DNA of 61,566 bases, filler included, from Bipalium vagum (GCA_037834085.1; 3 parts of 3 records of this genome joined end to end with filler, not necessarily neighbours in it), one strand, 5' to 3'; counted from the first letter of the whole stretch, positions 23,101 to 37,310 are shown. Notes: generated by a model not told the origin, from the letters alone. Translations and numbers: made by a program.

Positions 23101-26100
23101 TCCGATAATATTTAGATGAGATAAAAAATAATTATTAATAATTATTATTATTAGTCTTAATTATTTATTATTACTATTTTTTAATTTATTTTATTATTAT
23201 TATTTTTTTTTTATTAAAATATAATTTCAATAATAATTAATTTCATTAATTAATTAATTACTAATAATTTGTTATTACATTTTTATCTACACTTCTAAAA
23301 ACATAAATTCTAAATAATTTCCAGGAGGTAATAAATTTTTTATAAATGTGTGATAAACAAGAAATCCAAGGAGGAAGAGAGATCAGTAGGGGTTAGTGAT
23401 GCAAGACTAAGTATTATAAACAGGTAACCGAGATTTTTTCTTTTCCACTTGGACTCATGAACTTACATTTCCTTAATTTCAGAGCGCCCCCCCACAATTG
23501 TTTAATTTGTTTTGGAATATATTTATTTTCCTTAATTTCCAATGATTTTTTAGTTTAACACAATACACGTCGTAAGTACGGGATTTGTTGAAATCTGATT
23601 ATGTTCTGACATATCTTAGTTTCTGTTATTGATCTTCCATTTTCTTCCTCTTAAATTCACCAGGTCTAGGCTAACGTTGGGATGCCATCAACACTTTAAC
23701 TGAAAAGAACATTAATAAAATAATTGATTGTTTCATGGCCTTTCAGTTCTAATTTTTTTTGGAATTGTTGAATTTTCACAGACATTACACTGTTAATGAT
23801 TTTAATCCCCCTCTTTTCTATTGTATACTTATTTAATGTATTTTTATTTCATTGTTTAATATGATTAATAATAAGTACTGTTTTATGTAAAAAAAACTTA
23901 CTGATCTCTTAAAATAGTCCAAAGTTCACCACCCAAGCAAACTTCAGTCAATAAATAAACGTACTTCTTATCATGGAATGTTGCATAGAGTCTAAAAAGT
24001 ATATCATTGTTTTATTTTTCGGAACTCATTCACTCTTCCCACCTGCAGATATATGGAGATCGGCATTCTAATAAAATTCTCTTCTCCGATAAAACGTGAT
24101 CCTGTTGCTTGGTTTGCACCACGTATTGTTTCTTCATGCATTTTAAAGCATAACTCTTTGTTGGGTCTTTGGTACTTACTACCTTAAGATATTTTATATT
24201 TTATTTGCAAACACAGTGCTACTTTTTTTAATTTTTAGGTATCTCATAATTAATAACATTAACTATTTTTATTTATTACATCATTTACACATTGTATTAC
24301 ACAATGTATATACATATTATATCTTATAATACATTGACCTAGTTTTTATTATTATTTTTATTAATTTCATTATCATGTTGAATTTCGGGAAAAAATATGT
24401 AAAGGGTACTATTTACACTGGAAGTAGAGTACGGAGTTGTAAACAACATAACATGGCCGTATGCAGTGAGATATTGTCTTTTGATGGATGATATTCATAA
24501 TTTTGTTACCTTCGCCCGTGCTTCCTGTATGGTGATCTTGGATGTGGACTGGGAGTTGTGTCGACCTGAAGCCAACGAGAGGAGTGTAAAGCATTACAGA
24601 CTCTGCAAATACGCTGTTAGTTGCGGACAAATCGTTCAGGTGATCCACATTTCACATTATTAAATCCAAAAATAAAATTTATTATTTAGTTATAAAAAAA
24701 TTTCAATTTAAAATACCCTAAGTGACATACTGAACACAAATAAAAATACAAGTGAAATGTAAGCATGTATTCATTAAAACTCTTCATTATTTGCTGCTTT
24801 GCATAAAATTGTCACATGATTAAAAAATAAAGCACAATTTGATGACTATATTTCCATGATGGTAGTTGCAATTATCACATTGAGTTCTCCTGGTGTTCGG
24901 CAATTTTTCGATATTGGTTTCTTCTTTCTGGTATTAAGATCAACTCTTTTAAGGCTGTAATTAAACGTGTCAATCATGCTCCTGGAAACATCTTTTTTTT
25001 ATCTACTTTTAATTTTCATTTCATTTCATTTAGACTCATCCCCAGTAATACAATACTTTATGTAATTTTTTGCATCATCGGTAATTTTATTTGCTTTCGG
25101 CGATCTGATTGCAATTTTATCAATTTTCCAAGTTTTATTATAAATTCTTATTATACTGGCAACGGTTATATCAACGGTTATTTCTTATCAAAATCAGAGT
25201 AAATATCAGCAATCTTTTTTGGCACAGATTCGTCATGATACTATGGAATCATTAATTTTCTCTAGTATAATAACTCAGTTTTCATTTTTTCTGTCATTAC
25301 ATTTTAAGTATTAGAAATTTTTAATGTAAATTCAACAATATTATGTGCTTATGTGCTCTAAACTTATAAATTTTTAGTTTGTTAGGAAATTATGTTTTAT
25401 TTATATTTTTTGTATTTTTAGATGAGGGAATAAGTCTGTGTCGCACTGTACTATATTATTTATTTTCTTTATATACGATTTTCACAAAATATATGACATA
25501 GAGAAAAAATATATATTAATACTAAGGTAACAGATAAGCACAGTCAAGCACAAATAAATTCAAATCTTACTAATTCTACCCGACCGAAACCTCCAAGTCC
25601 CAAGGTATTAATCCTTTCAAAGTCAGACAAGCTGAATAATTCAATCATCTCAAGGTGGTCTTCAGATTTTAAGGAACTGTTACTAATTTATTCTTTTAAT
25701 TACAGTTGCAACATTTAAAAAACATACTGAAGAGATGAATGTTTTCTTAATTCATCGTCATATTCAACAATTTGAAGATCACTTAGATCTCCTATCAATT
25801 CTGAAAATGCCCTGTAAATAATTTTAATGTTTACAAAAAAACGGGTTGTTTAATTTATCAACTACTACTTATAAATGAGTAAAAGTTTTTATTTACAATG
25901 ACATTTTATTTTTATTAATATAATAACATTAATTAATATAAGTCACCCTTTTTAATTTTACAAAAAAAATTTGATTGATTATAAAAAAAAATTTTTAGAA
26001 ATTCTTCTTAAAATCAAATTTTGATATCTTTTGATTTGATTGAACTTTGATATCACTGCAGGTCTTTTGTAAAGGTTAATTTAACTTTTATCAATTTATT

Positions 26101-29100
26101 ATTTCTTATGTTATACAAATTTTTTGGAATCAAGACTTACAGAGTAATTTTTAAATTAGCCGAGTGTTATATGGGAGCGCAGCAACCTTAACAGCGATCA
26201 CTTGCGTTAAATTTAATTATTATACTATATAGTTACACGAATAACGCTAAAAATTAATATTACTTTGAGATTAAATTAATCATTTAAAACAAAAACAAAA
26301 TGCTGCAACTATATCAAATGAGATCCTTTGTTTTTACAATATGATAATAAATTAATCTTTAAGTTATTTATAGTGATAAATAACAACAAAGGCCAGGTGA
26401 TATATCACAGGAAACACCATTTTATGAATTACTTTAAGAATTTACGGAAAATGAAATATAACTATAATAAATAATAAATACCGTAGAACCCGCTTAAGAG
26501 CACGTGTAAAATGTCAGTGAGATATGTATCTTTAAACGTATCAATTTTAAACGATAGGCAAATTATGTGTCAGTAATTTTTTTTATAATAAGCTATATGT
26601 GCTTATATCTGGAGTGCTTTTAAACGAACTCCACTGCAGAATCATAAGATATTTTAAAAAGTATAACTACTTTTCTTAAACAAAATATATTATTTAATCT
26701 AAAACAAAGGTTAATACCTTTAAAAATTCATTTTATTTTTGAACATCATTTTACAATGTCTCCTTGCATTTATTACAATTTTAAAAAGTTAAATTTCAAG
26801 ATTTGATGCGTTTCTTTAAAAATCACTATTTTCATATTTTTATAATAATTTTTAGTGTTCTAATTTTTGTTAAAGTACAATAATTATTCTATATGTTTTA
26901 AGGTTATAGATTGTACAAAAATTGTTCTCATCCGAGAAAAACATGGTTAAAAATATCTTGTTTTTCAGAATAATTATCATCGGAAAATGCTTGATAAATT
27001 AAAAGCTTATATAAACAAAGATTTACAGGAAAAATGTAAAATTAATGTACAATTATTGTAATATTTTTAGTACTCTACGTGTATGTATAGAAATAATAAT
27101 TTGGTTAATTTTTGAATAACAGAAAAATAATATCTACTTCCGGTATAAACATAATACTTCAATTGGTCCATTAGCAGCATAAATACTAGCAGTTCTTTTA
27201 CCTCCTCTAAATAAATAAAAATTTATTATTTTAATATTAAATAATGAAAGAATATATTTTTAAAACCGAGAAAGAAATATAAAGGAAAAATCATTTTAAC
27301 ATTATTTAATTATTTAATTTTGATTATTTTTTAAACTACGTTATTTTTAAAAATCTCTAGCACTTCGATTTATTACTTTTTTGGTTCTTGAAAAGTAAAT
27401 ATATAACAAATGTCTCCATTTAAATTTTTAAAAATTTTAAAATATCTATAAAACTTATTGTAAAACAAGGTTCACCCATTGATTTTATATTTTGTTAAAA
27501 GAATTTCTTTAATTCATTGATATTATCGATAAAAGATAAGACAAAATTTATAAATAATAAGATTTTTTTTTCAACGATTGATTATATATTATATATAACG
27601 TACTCTAGCAAAGCTTTTTCTCCAAAGAAATCCCCTGTTGTCATTTCTCGAACATCAAGCTCTTCTTCATTAATTTTCTGTGTAACCCTGATCTAAAAGT
27701 ATTTTGATATATAGATCAACGAAAAATATATTTCAGTAAAATCTTGTTGATCTTAAAGAAGGATTATGTTATTTCAAGAACCAAAAAAGGTGTCCATTAA
27801 AAATTCGTAATATTTCTATAAAAAATATTATGAAATAAAAAATTAATGTTAAATTAATCAATAATGAAAGTTTTATTTCCAAAGGTATTTACATCGTAGA
27901 AATATCAGTTAATTTCAACAAGTTCTTTTCGGATTACAGTACTCATTCTTTGTAAGGTGTTACTAGCAAGCTTTTGTACAACAACTGATCCAATTTTCTA
28001 ACGCAATATTTAATACGATTAATAAGTTTGTCACTATTTTCAGCTTTCCAGCCATGTTTATACATATTTCTTTACAGAATCCTTTAAAAATTGTCGATAA
28101 TATGTATTTAGGAGCGCTAGTAGGATTCTTTTCTTTCAACAAAACGTATACGGTTTTGCTTTAAGAAATCCAGCATTTTGTTGAGTAATGTAGTTGGCCA
28201 AGTCAGATCAAAACACGCATTTCTTCTTAGATGTAATAATTTCTAATTTTGTAGGAAGTAAACAACGTTTGATACAATTAATTTTATAGATTTCTGAACT
28301 TACCCCTGATTTTTGAAATAGTGGAGTACTGAGACCTCCAGGACTAATAGATATCCAGATCATAACCTTTACTCAAATTTTGATTTTCTTCGAAATTTTA
28401 GGCCAACAAGAACAGTTCTCATATTACTGGTATAATATCTATCATTTCCTGACATGTTTGTATTAGATAAAGTAAAAAATACTGGTCATCAAGAAAAAAC
28501 TTTTTATTGAGAATTTTCTTCCCAAGAAGCAACACTTCCGCTTAGCTTGAAATTTTGGGTTTCCGTTTGTTTAGGTATCTTATTTTTCTTATTATATTTA
28601 ATTGATGTCTTGTTTGTTATGCAAATATGACTTTGAAAAAGTAGATTTTCTAACTACACAATATACCGAAACCCCATCATTACCATCAAAATGTGATTTG
28701 ATCTTAGTTATTAGTTTTGAAATTGTGATCTTTGTGGCCTTACGTCCAATTCTTGACTTTCAATCTGCTGGCATTATCATATCTATGTAGAATGGAATAA
28801 ATTGTTTACTTTAAAACATTTTCCTGTGAAAATATGGTAAAAAGTATACTTTATATCAGCTTCATGATTCCTCTCATTTATTTTTATACACTTTTTCATA
28901 ATACCTACTGTTTTTATAGTTATTAATGTAATAGTTAATAGTTAACATGTAAAAGGGAAATATAAATCGATTGAATCTTTACAAAGCATTGCTTAACGTG
29001 GTAATAACATTTATGAACCTTCATACCTTCAAAAAAACTTTTTTGTGTTTACGTTATTATGAAATTTTAGTGGACACTCGTTACTTAATTTATTAAAATT

Positions 29101-32100
29101 ATAATAATTGAGATTATAATAAATTATTGGTAGTTTTTATCATATATATTAAAATTTTTACTGATCCACTGCGAATAATATAGAAACTATCCGCCTCTTC
29201 TCCTTCACGTATAATACATTGACCTTCGGAATAACTCTGAATCTCTACAAGTTCGACAATCTTCAGTAGTTTCTGCTCCGGAAGATTTTCAAACAAATTT
29301 ACACTTCATAAAGAAATTTATATTAATCACAATTGTTAACAATTGTTAATTGGTATTTACCTTTCTAAAAATTTTCTAAGATCTTTTTGTCTTTCAAGAC
29401 CAGTTTTCATCATGATTGTCTGGAACAGATTTCGATCAAGCACCCAAAGTGTTGCCGTTTTTAGGGCTTAATAGACTATTATAAACAGAAAACACACAAT
29501 TATATGAAACCTTTAATTGATGCCGTTCTCTTACAGTTGTACAGCAGAGCCAATTCCCCAAAACATATTTTGCTACTCATCTCTCCAATTAACTTACTGT
29601 CTTTATATACTTCAAATTCTCCATCTTAATAAAAGGTTTAGAAAATATTAACAATATTAAAAATTGCAAAACCCTGAGCAACGAAAAGATGTTGACCTTC
29701 TTCACCTTCATGAATAACAAAGCAATTTTCAGTTACTTGTCTTTCATACATACATTCAATGATCTCATTAACCTGGCCTGGATCCATTTTGTTTAGTAAC
29801 AGATTGGTCATAATTGCTTGTCGAATAATTCGTTTCACTCTATGAAAGAAAGGTTTATGTTGCATATATATCTGAGTAAAAACAAATATCTACAGGAAAT
29901 CATTATACTTTTAGAATTCGAAAAGTCCGATCTATATTGCATGAAAAACATCTTTCCAGAACTTTGAATATAAACTTATTTCTAAGCTTTTTTACTAACC
30001 AAAAATCCAGCTTCCTAATTAGGCTTATATTATTTTATATATATACCTATTCATGATATGCCTATAATATTTTTATATTATATTATATATTATTACATAC
30101 TTATACCTAGTGAGCTAACTCTAAAGGCTTTTTATTATCAACTTAAAAAGTAACCTAGGATAAATTATAAATTATGTACAGATTTATGTAAAATATTTTT
30201 TTAATATTTATTTCATAATATTAATAAATTTCAAATATGAAATCAATAGGTAAAGTATTTTCTTTCTACATCAATTTATATTATCTAGTTTTGACTATTT
30301 TAGAAAATGGACAAATTTAAAATCAGAGCTGTGATAGTTGGTAAAAAATTCAACTTTTCAAATCCATCAGGACATGATAGAAACATTGAACGATGATGCC
30401 CCATCATTTACCACGGTCAAAAATTAGCCATGAAATTTAGACAATTCTTAGATCGGTATCTTCAAAAAGGTGAAGCAACCAATGGAGAGTATGACGTAAA
30501 GCTGTTGGATAAATTGGAAAAAGATGTTGTTTGCAGAAAAAGAAAATCATTTTCCATCATGATAATGCACGTCCACATACGGCATTAATATCAATGAATT
30601 GAAGTACGAACTTCTTCAAGATCCCCCATATTCACCGATTTGGGTGCCTCTGACTTTTACCTGTTCCCAAAGTTGAAAATTTTTCTTGGTGGAAAGCGCT
30701 TTTCCACAATAGAGCAGGTTCATGAAGCAGTAAATCATTATTTTGGAAGCCTTGGCGAAAACGACTTTCTAGATGACATAATGACAGTTGGCAGAAGTGC
30801 ATTAATCTTAAGGGAAATTATGTTGAAAAATAATGTTTTTCTTTTTCATTCTGCGAAATTTTCAAACCACAATCGTATAGATATCATTATTTAATTAAAA
30901 TATTATACATTAAATTCAAGTCTTTAGTCTTCAATCATTTAATTCTTATTTTATTTTGGTATTCTTAGATTGATAAATATTTTGTATTTTATGTAAAAGG
31001 TTTCGAGCTAATTGGTCTTACAAAATAATATTTTTATTTAATTCACACTTCATTGAAATGATCAAACTTGGTTGTTACTAAAAATAGTAATTAATCTAAT
31101 AGTGGTTACAAGTGGAGGAACCCTTAACATAAGTCAAATACAAATGTTTTCAGCTATATTTTTAATGCAGAGATGTACTTGTTTATTGAAACTTTTGTTG
31201 AATATGGATTTAGTTTTCTACTTTTTACCTTTAGCGAATATTGATCTGTGACCTGTAATGTATGTTTATTTTTCATCTTTTGATTGTCAATATTATTTTA
31301 GCCGGTTGTAAAATCTTTTACTCATACGGTATTAAGATTTTAATAATAGAATATGTTGGTCAACTATTTTAATCATCTTTTATTTCGGTATTTTTGTCCA
31401 AGTCCTAATGATCGGTCTTATTTTAATTAAAAAATATAATTTATGATATAACACTTTTAAGTGGTATTTATTTCTTATTTTTCACTAATTTTAATCTGCT
31501 AATGAAAGTGTAAAAGTTTTAAAAAGTAAAAATCAATTAATACCTCATGCCTTTTAAAATATTTATATATTTATTTATATATTATTAATCTTAATTAAAA
31601 TTATTATTCCATTTTTATGTGTGAGATATAAAACTTGGATATTTCATTTAATTCCTAGAGATTTATTAATTACGGAGAGAGAATATTGAATAGATAACTT
31701 TTTTTCCACACGAAAAAGGAATTGAGGTGTACTCAATAAGTTAATTTCCAAAATATCTTCCGCCATAGTTCACGAATCAACTGTGAATTTCCAAGCTATC
31801 ATTTCAACTTTCCAAAATCAAAACATCAAATTTGCTCAAAACCAAAAAAACTCAACACCCTCTTTTCTATTATGGCCGTCTTTACAGGCCATTTTTATTT
31901 AATTTTATTTACGTTTATGCTGAACTTATCAGTCATCCGACCAATACGATCGTCGGTAAAGAAAATTGGAATATACCTCATTCATAATATCACTGTATCT
32001 TCCCTATATTCCCTTAATTCCAAAATTCATTTTCTATTTACCAAATTATCCTTTCTTTAATTACGGATTTAACGAAAATTAAATCAAAATTTTAAAATAT

Positions 32101-35100
32101 TTATTATTATTATGATTATTTTATAATATTTTATATGATTTCACTTATTTTATTTTATTATTATACGCGTTAATTAATTATTATTAACTATTATGACCGA
32201 TTATTCATTAATATCAACCTTATCGTGGTCTTAACTCTCATTGATCAATTCCCTTAAAGTTTGAACCAGTAATGGCTTTGGCAAACCCAACACATTTATT
32301 CTGGACATTTTCTCCAAATTATTGAAAAGTTGCAAGTTAACTGGTAAGAATTCTATCTTAGAAACTGTTTGATGAACCCTTTAGTACCCCGATTTCGTAC
32401 CATGATTTTTAAGTTTTATATATTTTCCTAAATCATATAAAGAAGAAACCTAATTTTATTGACAGAATATAAATGTGTTTAGAATAAAGACTGATAAAAA
32501 ATTCTTATTCAAAAGAATTAAAAGAAATGATTTTGTGATAGTACAGTTGTATTTTTCAAATTATCATTGATTACTATACGAAGATTAATTTGTTAACTTA
32601 AAATTAAATAGTTTCACTTTAGAAATTCGATTCATGAATCAATATTTTGAAACAGTAATAGTCTAAGAATGTTCTCATGAATTTTACTGACATTATTCCA
32701 GACAAAGCGGATAATATCAGTACTAAGGTGTGATAAGGTGTTCTAAGCTTAGAGAACCTTCATTAATGTTCTCTCACATAAATTATGATGACTGCTAATT
32801 CACTATTGCTAAGCACAAATAACTACCAGATTCAATACATTACTTAGAAACAATGGATGTTTCTTGTTAACTCCATGGTAATTATGAAATGATGGGCGGT
32901 CATAAAAATGAATATATTGCCTTCATCTATCAATTATGATTTCTCATTCATTAATTAACCATGACATAATAATTTATAGTATAATTTTATACATAAATTT
33001 TAATTTATAAAAATATTTCAATTTTAATTTTTTAATATTGGATCGTCTAAAAAGTTTCCGCCGATTTTAACAATATGACAAAACATAAGAATACTAAGAC
33101 AATTTCAGAACTTTATTAAACTACATATGCACCATCTTGGTCGACAATGCCTTGCCATTTCTTTGGTAAACCTAGAATTCCTTCACTGTAGAACTACTCT
33201 GATTTTTCGCTAAAAAACTGAAACATGGATTTCGGTGTCTTCCTTTGAATTCAGTTTTACACTATCAAGGAAGTTCTGCAGTGAACAAAACAAATGATAG
33301 TCTGACAGTACAATATCAGGACTATATTGAGAATGCAACAAAACTTCTCAATCAGGTTCCTTCAATTTTTCTGAGTCATCAAAGACATGTGGTCTTGCAC
33401 TGTCATCGTGAAACACAACACTTTTCCTATTGATCAGCTATGGTCACTTTATTACAATTAATTACTGTACTCTAGTTAATTATTGACAGTACAGGACAGA
33501 GTCAACATCTTGACCTGATTAGAATATTTCTTGGTTGATGATTCCTTTGTAATCCCACCAGATGCAAAGCATGACCTTCCATGGCGTCAATTTCCTCTTT
33601 TCCACCGTTTTATGGTTCTCACCATGTTTTGTTCAAGATCCTTTTCGAACATTGTTTTCGTATCTGAACCACTTTTTGTCACCCTTAACAAGAAATTTCA
33701 AGAATGGTTCAGTGGATTTTCTTTTCAGCAATGTTTGACATATTGAAATTCGGTCTATCAACTTTTTCGGTGTTAAATCATGCGGAATCCAAACATCCAG
33801 TTTTTTTTAAACCAGCATTCTTCAAATGGTTTAAAACAGTTTGATGATGAATACCGAGTTCTTCTATGATTTCACGGCTATAAAATTGCTTATCTTCCTC
33901 ATTTTTCTGAATGATTTGATCGACTTTTTGACATGTTAGCCAGCTCGAACTAGGTGCATCTTTGACGTCGAAATTTCCAGAGTGAAATGGATGAAAACAT
34001 TCACGGACTGTTCTATCAGATACAGCATCTGCACCATAAACGCCCCAATTTTTTTCGCAACCTGTGTTGCATTTTTGCTTTTAATGAAATAAAATTTTAT
34101 AAGGTATCGAATTTTTTTGTTATTTATATTCATTTTTAAATAAAAATAAAATTTTATTTATTAATAAATTGTCAAACTTCTTTAAGAAATTTGAATGCTG
34201 TGATTATTTAATTTATATTGAAATATTTAAACAAATAAAATATCAAGATATTTATCTGCAGACATTTTTCGCTACCAATTCACAAAATCGGCGGAAATTT
34301 TATAGAAAACCCAATATTTCATAAATAATAATAATAATAAGTTATATTTTAATTATACTTAGGTATAAAATAAATGATGAAAAACTTTAATGTGATAGAT
34401 TTTATTGCATAATTAATAATATTAAGTGTGCTCGTCACTTCTATTGCGGAATATCACCTATCCTTTTCTCGAACTCATTGTAACAAGCAATGATAAATGG
34501 ATTCTATAACATGGTTGGATTTCAATCAAGCTTCAAAAGATTTTCCAAAACCACAAGTTCACCAAAAGGTCAGATTAATTTTTTGGTGTACTGAAGGTAT
34601 ATGTGCTGGATAAGGGTCAGACTGTTCTCGCAGAACTATACGCAGAACAACTGAGCCGAGTGAGTCAAGCCTTGTGCCGTCAAGCTATAAATATCTCAAA
34701 ACCAAATGGGAAAATCTGCTTCAGAACCAATAATTGAATATCAAATCCTCATTAATAGTTTTATGTGATGAATTCTTAATTCCAATACTTTTCTGACTAG
34801 ATATTCATTGTTTTATTTTATTAAAAATTAATTTTTTATTTTTAATAAAATCAGTAAAAAATGAATTAATTATTAATTTCTTTTTTCATTTTAATAATAA
34901 TCGTTTTGTAAGATAAAATTTATCAAGAATTAGATTTTTAAATCTAATTAAATCTGATTAATTAAAAGATAGGTCAACGATCAACTATGTCGATATCAAA
35001 GTATTAAATTTTATAAATAATAAAAAATTTTGATATTTTTTGAAACTGTTGATAATTATTTGATTTTTTCGAATTTAAGGTTCTATTTATATTCCAGATA

Positions 35101-35769
35101 TAAACTTTTTTTGTTTTAATTAACTGTTTCTGAAGTCAGAAATCTTTTTTAACAATACCTGTTTTCGACAAGAGGTTTCGATTAAGAAAGAGTTCTGCAA
35201 AAACTATTTTTAGAATTAATCTTAAAATATTAATTTAATTAATTAATTTTTATTTATTTTTAATTAATATTTTAAAAATTATTTTATGCATGAAAAATTG
35301 ATTCTTATCAAAAGTTTTTCAATAAAGACGGATTATATATATTATCATTATAAATTATTATTATTAAAATAAATAGATAAAAATAATATGAAATGTGTAA
35401 AGCATTATACAAGTGATCAACTTACTCATTTGATTTTGGATAGCTGTTCAAAGACTGTTTTCCTTGATGATTTGACGATTCTCCTGAAATTCCCAATCTT
35501 TTCAGTCTCGTATTTGTAACATTTGTAGAGTGAATATTATTTTCATTGTACGTCTGATCTAAGACCGATTTTAGTTTATCAATCTCTCGTTGCAATTCTT
35601 CGATTATGGAGTTTTTCTCGTCAATTTCTTTTTCCAGATTTTTAATTCGCTTCTCAAGCTTTTCACTGTCGATATTGTTGGAAGAATTCGCCAGATTGCT
35701 GTTGGAATTGGGACCGTATAATTTGCGTTGGTTTTCCAAATTCAGACTCTTGCTGTTTTCAGTTCCCAT
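20141..35769 (-). CDS. pkg: cGMP-dependent protein kinase (PKG), 15 exons / 674 codons, terminal exon not found
   Basis: Exons 35769-35426, 29839-29673, 29624-29511, 29466-29361, 29303-29162, 27692-27604, 27206-27138, 25811-25728, 25682-25571, 24182-24043, 23991-23902, 22244-22103, 20670-20507, 20445-20254 and 20207-20141 are all GT-AG and phase-compatible. Motifs: leucine zipper, KRLGISGES autoinhibitory site, [15 protein letters not shown] and [15 protein letters not shown] cGMP cassettes, [37 protein letters not shown]. Confidence 0.96.
20760..21641 (+). mobile_element. Tigger/pogo-like remnant in PKG intron
   Basis: [11 protein letters not shown]...[14 protein letters not shown]...SFQAHYR DDE_1 motifs; ends in GGTTGACTG|TA, the reverse complement of a Tigger-type CAGTCAACC terminus. 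Confidence 0.8.
21889..21950. repeat. 21-bp tandem repeat x3 (TTTAAAAATGAAATGACAAAA)
   Basis: Units start at 21889, 21910 and 21931; followed directly by CCCTG, i.e. a CAGGG terminus on the minus strand. Confidence 0.85.
26481..26636. mobile_element. possible pogo/Tigger-type MITE (156 bp)
   Basis: CCGTAGAACCCGCTTAAGAGCAC versus the reverse-complemented right end CAGTGGAGTTCGTTTAAAAGCAC (16/23 identical); TA on the left side. Confidence 0.5.
27788..29083 (-). mobile_element. decayed DD37E Tc1-like element in PKG intron
   Basis: Inverted ends GTGTCCATTAAAAATTCGTAATA / GTGTCCACTAAAATTTCATAATA. Internal FLDD.YF, SDLA..HYS, NPTSAP and YKHGWKAEN motifs match the element at 40834-41923. Confidence 0.8.
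30300..30880 (+). mobile_element. internally deleted mariner in PKG intron 1
   Basis: [10 protein letters not shown] start; [14 protein letters not shown] and [10 protein letters not shown] motifs. Confidence 0.88.
33038..34314 (-). mobile_element. full-length (1277 bp) defective mariner with TIRs and TA target sites, in PKG intron 1
   Basis: TA|TTGGATCGTCTAAAAAGTTTCCGCCGATTTT and TA|TTGGGTTTTCTATAAAATTTCCGCCGATTTT (reverse complement). ORF 33936-34133 is the transposase N-terminus; WIPHDL and KVMLCIWWD motifs are recoverable. Confidence 0.93.
34430..34730 (+). mobile_element. mariner fragment
   Basis: [16 protein letters not shown] / [19 protein letters not shown] / [13 protein letters not shown]. 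Confidence 0.75.
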
Positions 35770-36817
35770 GATTATTAACTAACATTTATTACTAAAATTC
35801 GATCATAAATCAAAATTCTGTAAAACGGAATAACAATGATATGTAATACTAATCTCTCGTACTTTAATGAGTTCACTAGCTAAAGCTGGTGAGTAGAAGT
35901 ATATGAACTATGACCGGTAATAAATCTTCGATATTTATAAGCAGTTTCAGTAAGGCGAATTCGAACTAATTCATGTAAATTGATAGTCGAAATAAACACG
36001 AAACACAAAATTATCACAGCAATACATAAAATGTGTATTTGCTATAGAACTGGCGAGAAACTCGTCGAATTGTGCATGTGGTTTGACATGATCTATTTAG
36101 ATTGTCGATGAGAATCTGACGACTTCTACAAGCCATGCTTGCTGCAGACCTAATTCGGGGGTTATTTGTTTTTAAATATATAAAAATTTCATAAATTCTA
36201 CAAAAATTAGCATTAGTAGAATATTTGGATACATGTTTATTTTTTTTAATTTATTAAATATTTACAGTCTAAATTTTTCTAATTAATCAATAAATTAAAA
36301 AAATTATTATTTATTTTATTATTTTATTTTATTATTATTATATTTTTGTTCAAAGCCGTTTTTGTAATATATTTTCTGAATAATTTTAAATTTAAATTTT
36401 TCGTTTTAATTAAACGAAAAGAAAATTAAATGTTGTGCATTTTCTTTATCCTAATCAATATTTACTTAAGTCTGTAATGATTTAGATTTTTATTATCCTT
36501 TATAATTATTGTTTTCTCTACCTGTTGAAAACATTTCCATTTTTTCTTTTTTTGATTAAATTTCAAAGAAATTTATGAAAGCAAAGATAAGATAAAAATA
36601 ATATTTTTTTAAAATACAAGAGACCAGGCAAAAAGATACAAAAGATAACAAGAAATTTTATCATAAATTTTTATTTAGCCAACCAATTACAAAAAATATA
36701 TATTTTTAAAAATGTATATTTGGTTGAGGAATAAGTTCATTTAGTTTTTTTGCATTTATCTAAAACACTAAAAAATTACTTTTATTTTATAACATATTTA
36801 TGAAAATTATTCAGTTA

Positions 36818-37310
36818 TACGTGGATTGGATAAAAAGTCCGTACACTAGTAAATAAAAATGCTACTGAAACGAAACTTTGTATTTAGAAGAAATAAACTA
36901 CATATGTAAATAAACTTAATCACTTTACTATATAACCACCTTCTGTTTCCAGGCATTTCGTCAATCGATTTATCGCAGAAAAGAGACCATTTTCTAAGAA
37001 AGTAGTAGGCTTTTCATTGAAAAAATCTTGAACTACTCGTATGAGATCATCTTTAGACTCAATTCTCTGACTTCGTAGATGCTTCTTTAAGTGATAAAAC
37101 AAGACAAAATCGCTGAGAGCCAAATCAGGGCTATAAATAGGATGTGAAACCAGTTAAAGTCTTTTTCCCGTAATGGCATTCGAAGTTTGGTTAGCTGTAT
37201 GAACTGGAGCATTATCCATGAAGAGAAATAGGTCTTGATTCTTTGGCTTCCGTCGCATCTTTCCCAGATCACTAATTTTGACCACACCTTATGCATTCCA
37301 GAATACACTG
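36818..37310 (-). mobile_element. mariner remnant (3' part with one terminus)
   Basis: MDNAPVH, HPIYSPDLALSDFVLFYHLKKHLR and C-terminal KCLETEGGY motifs. Confidence 0.88.
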
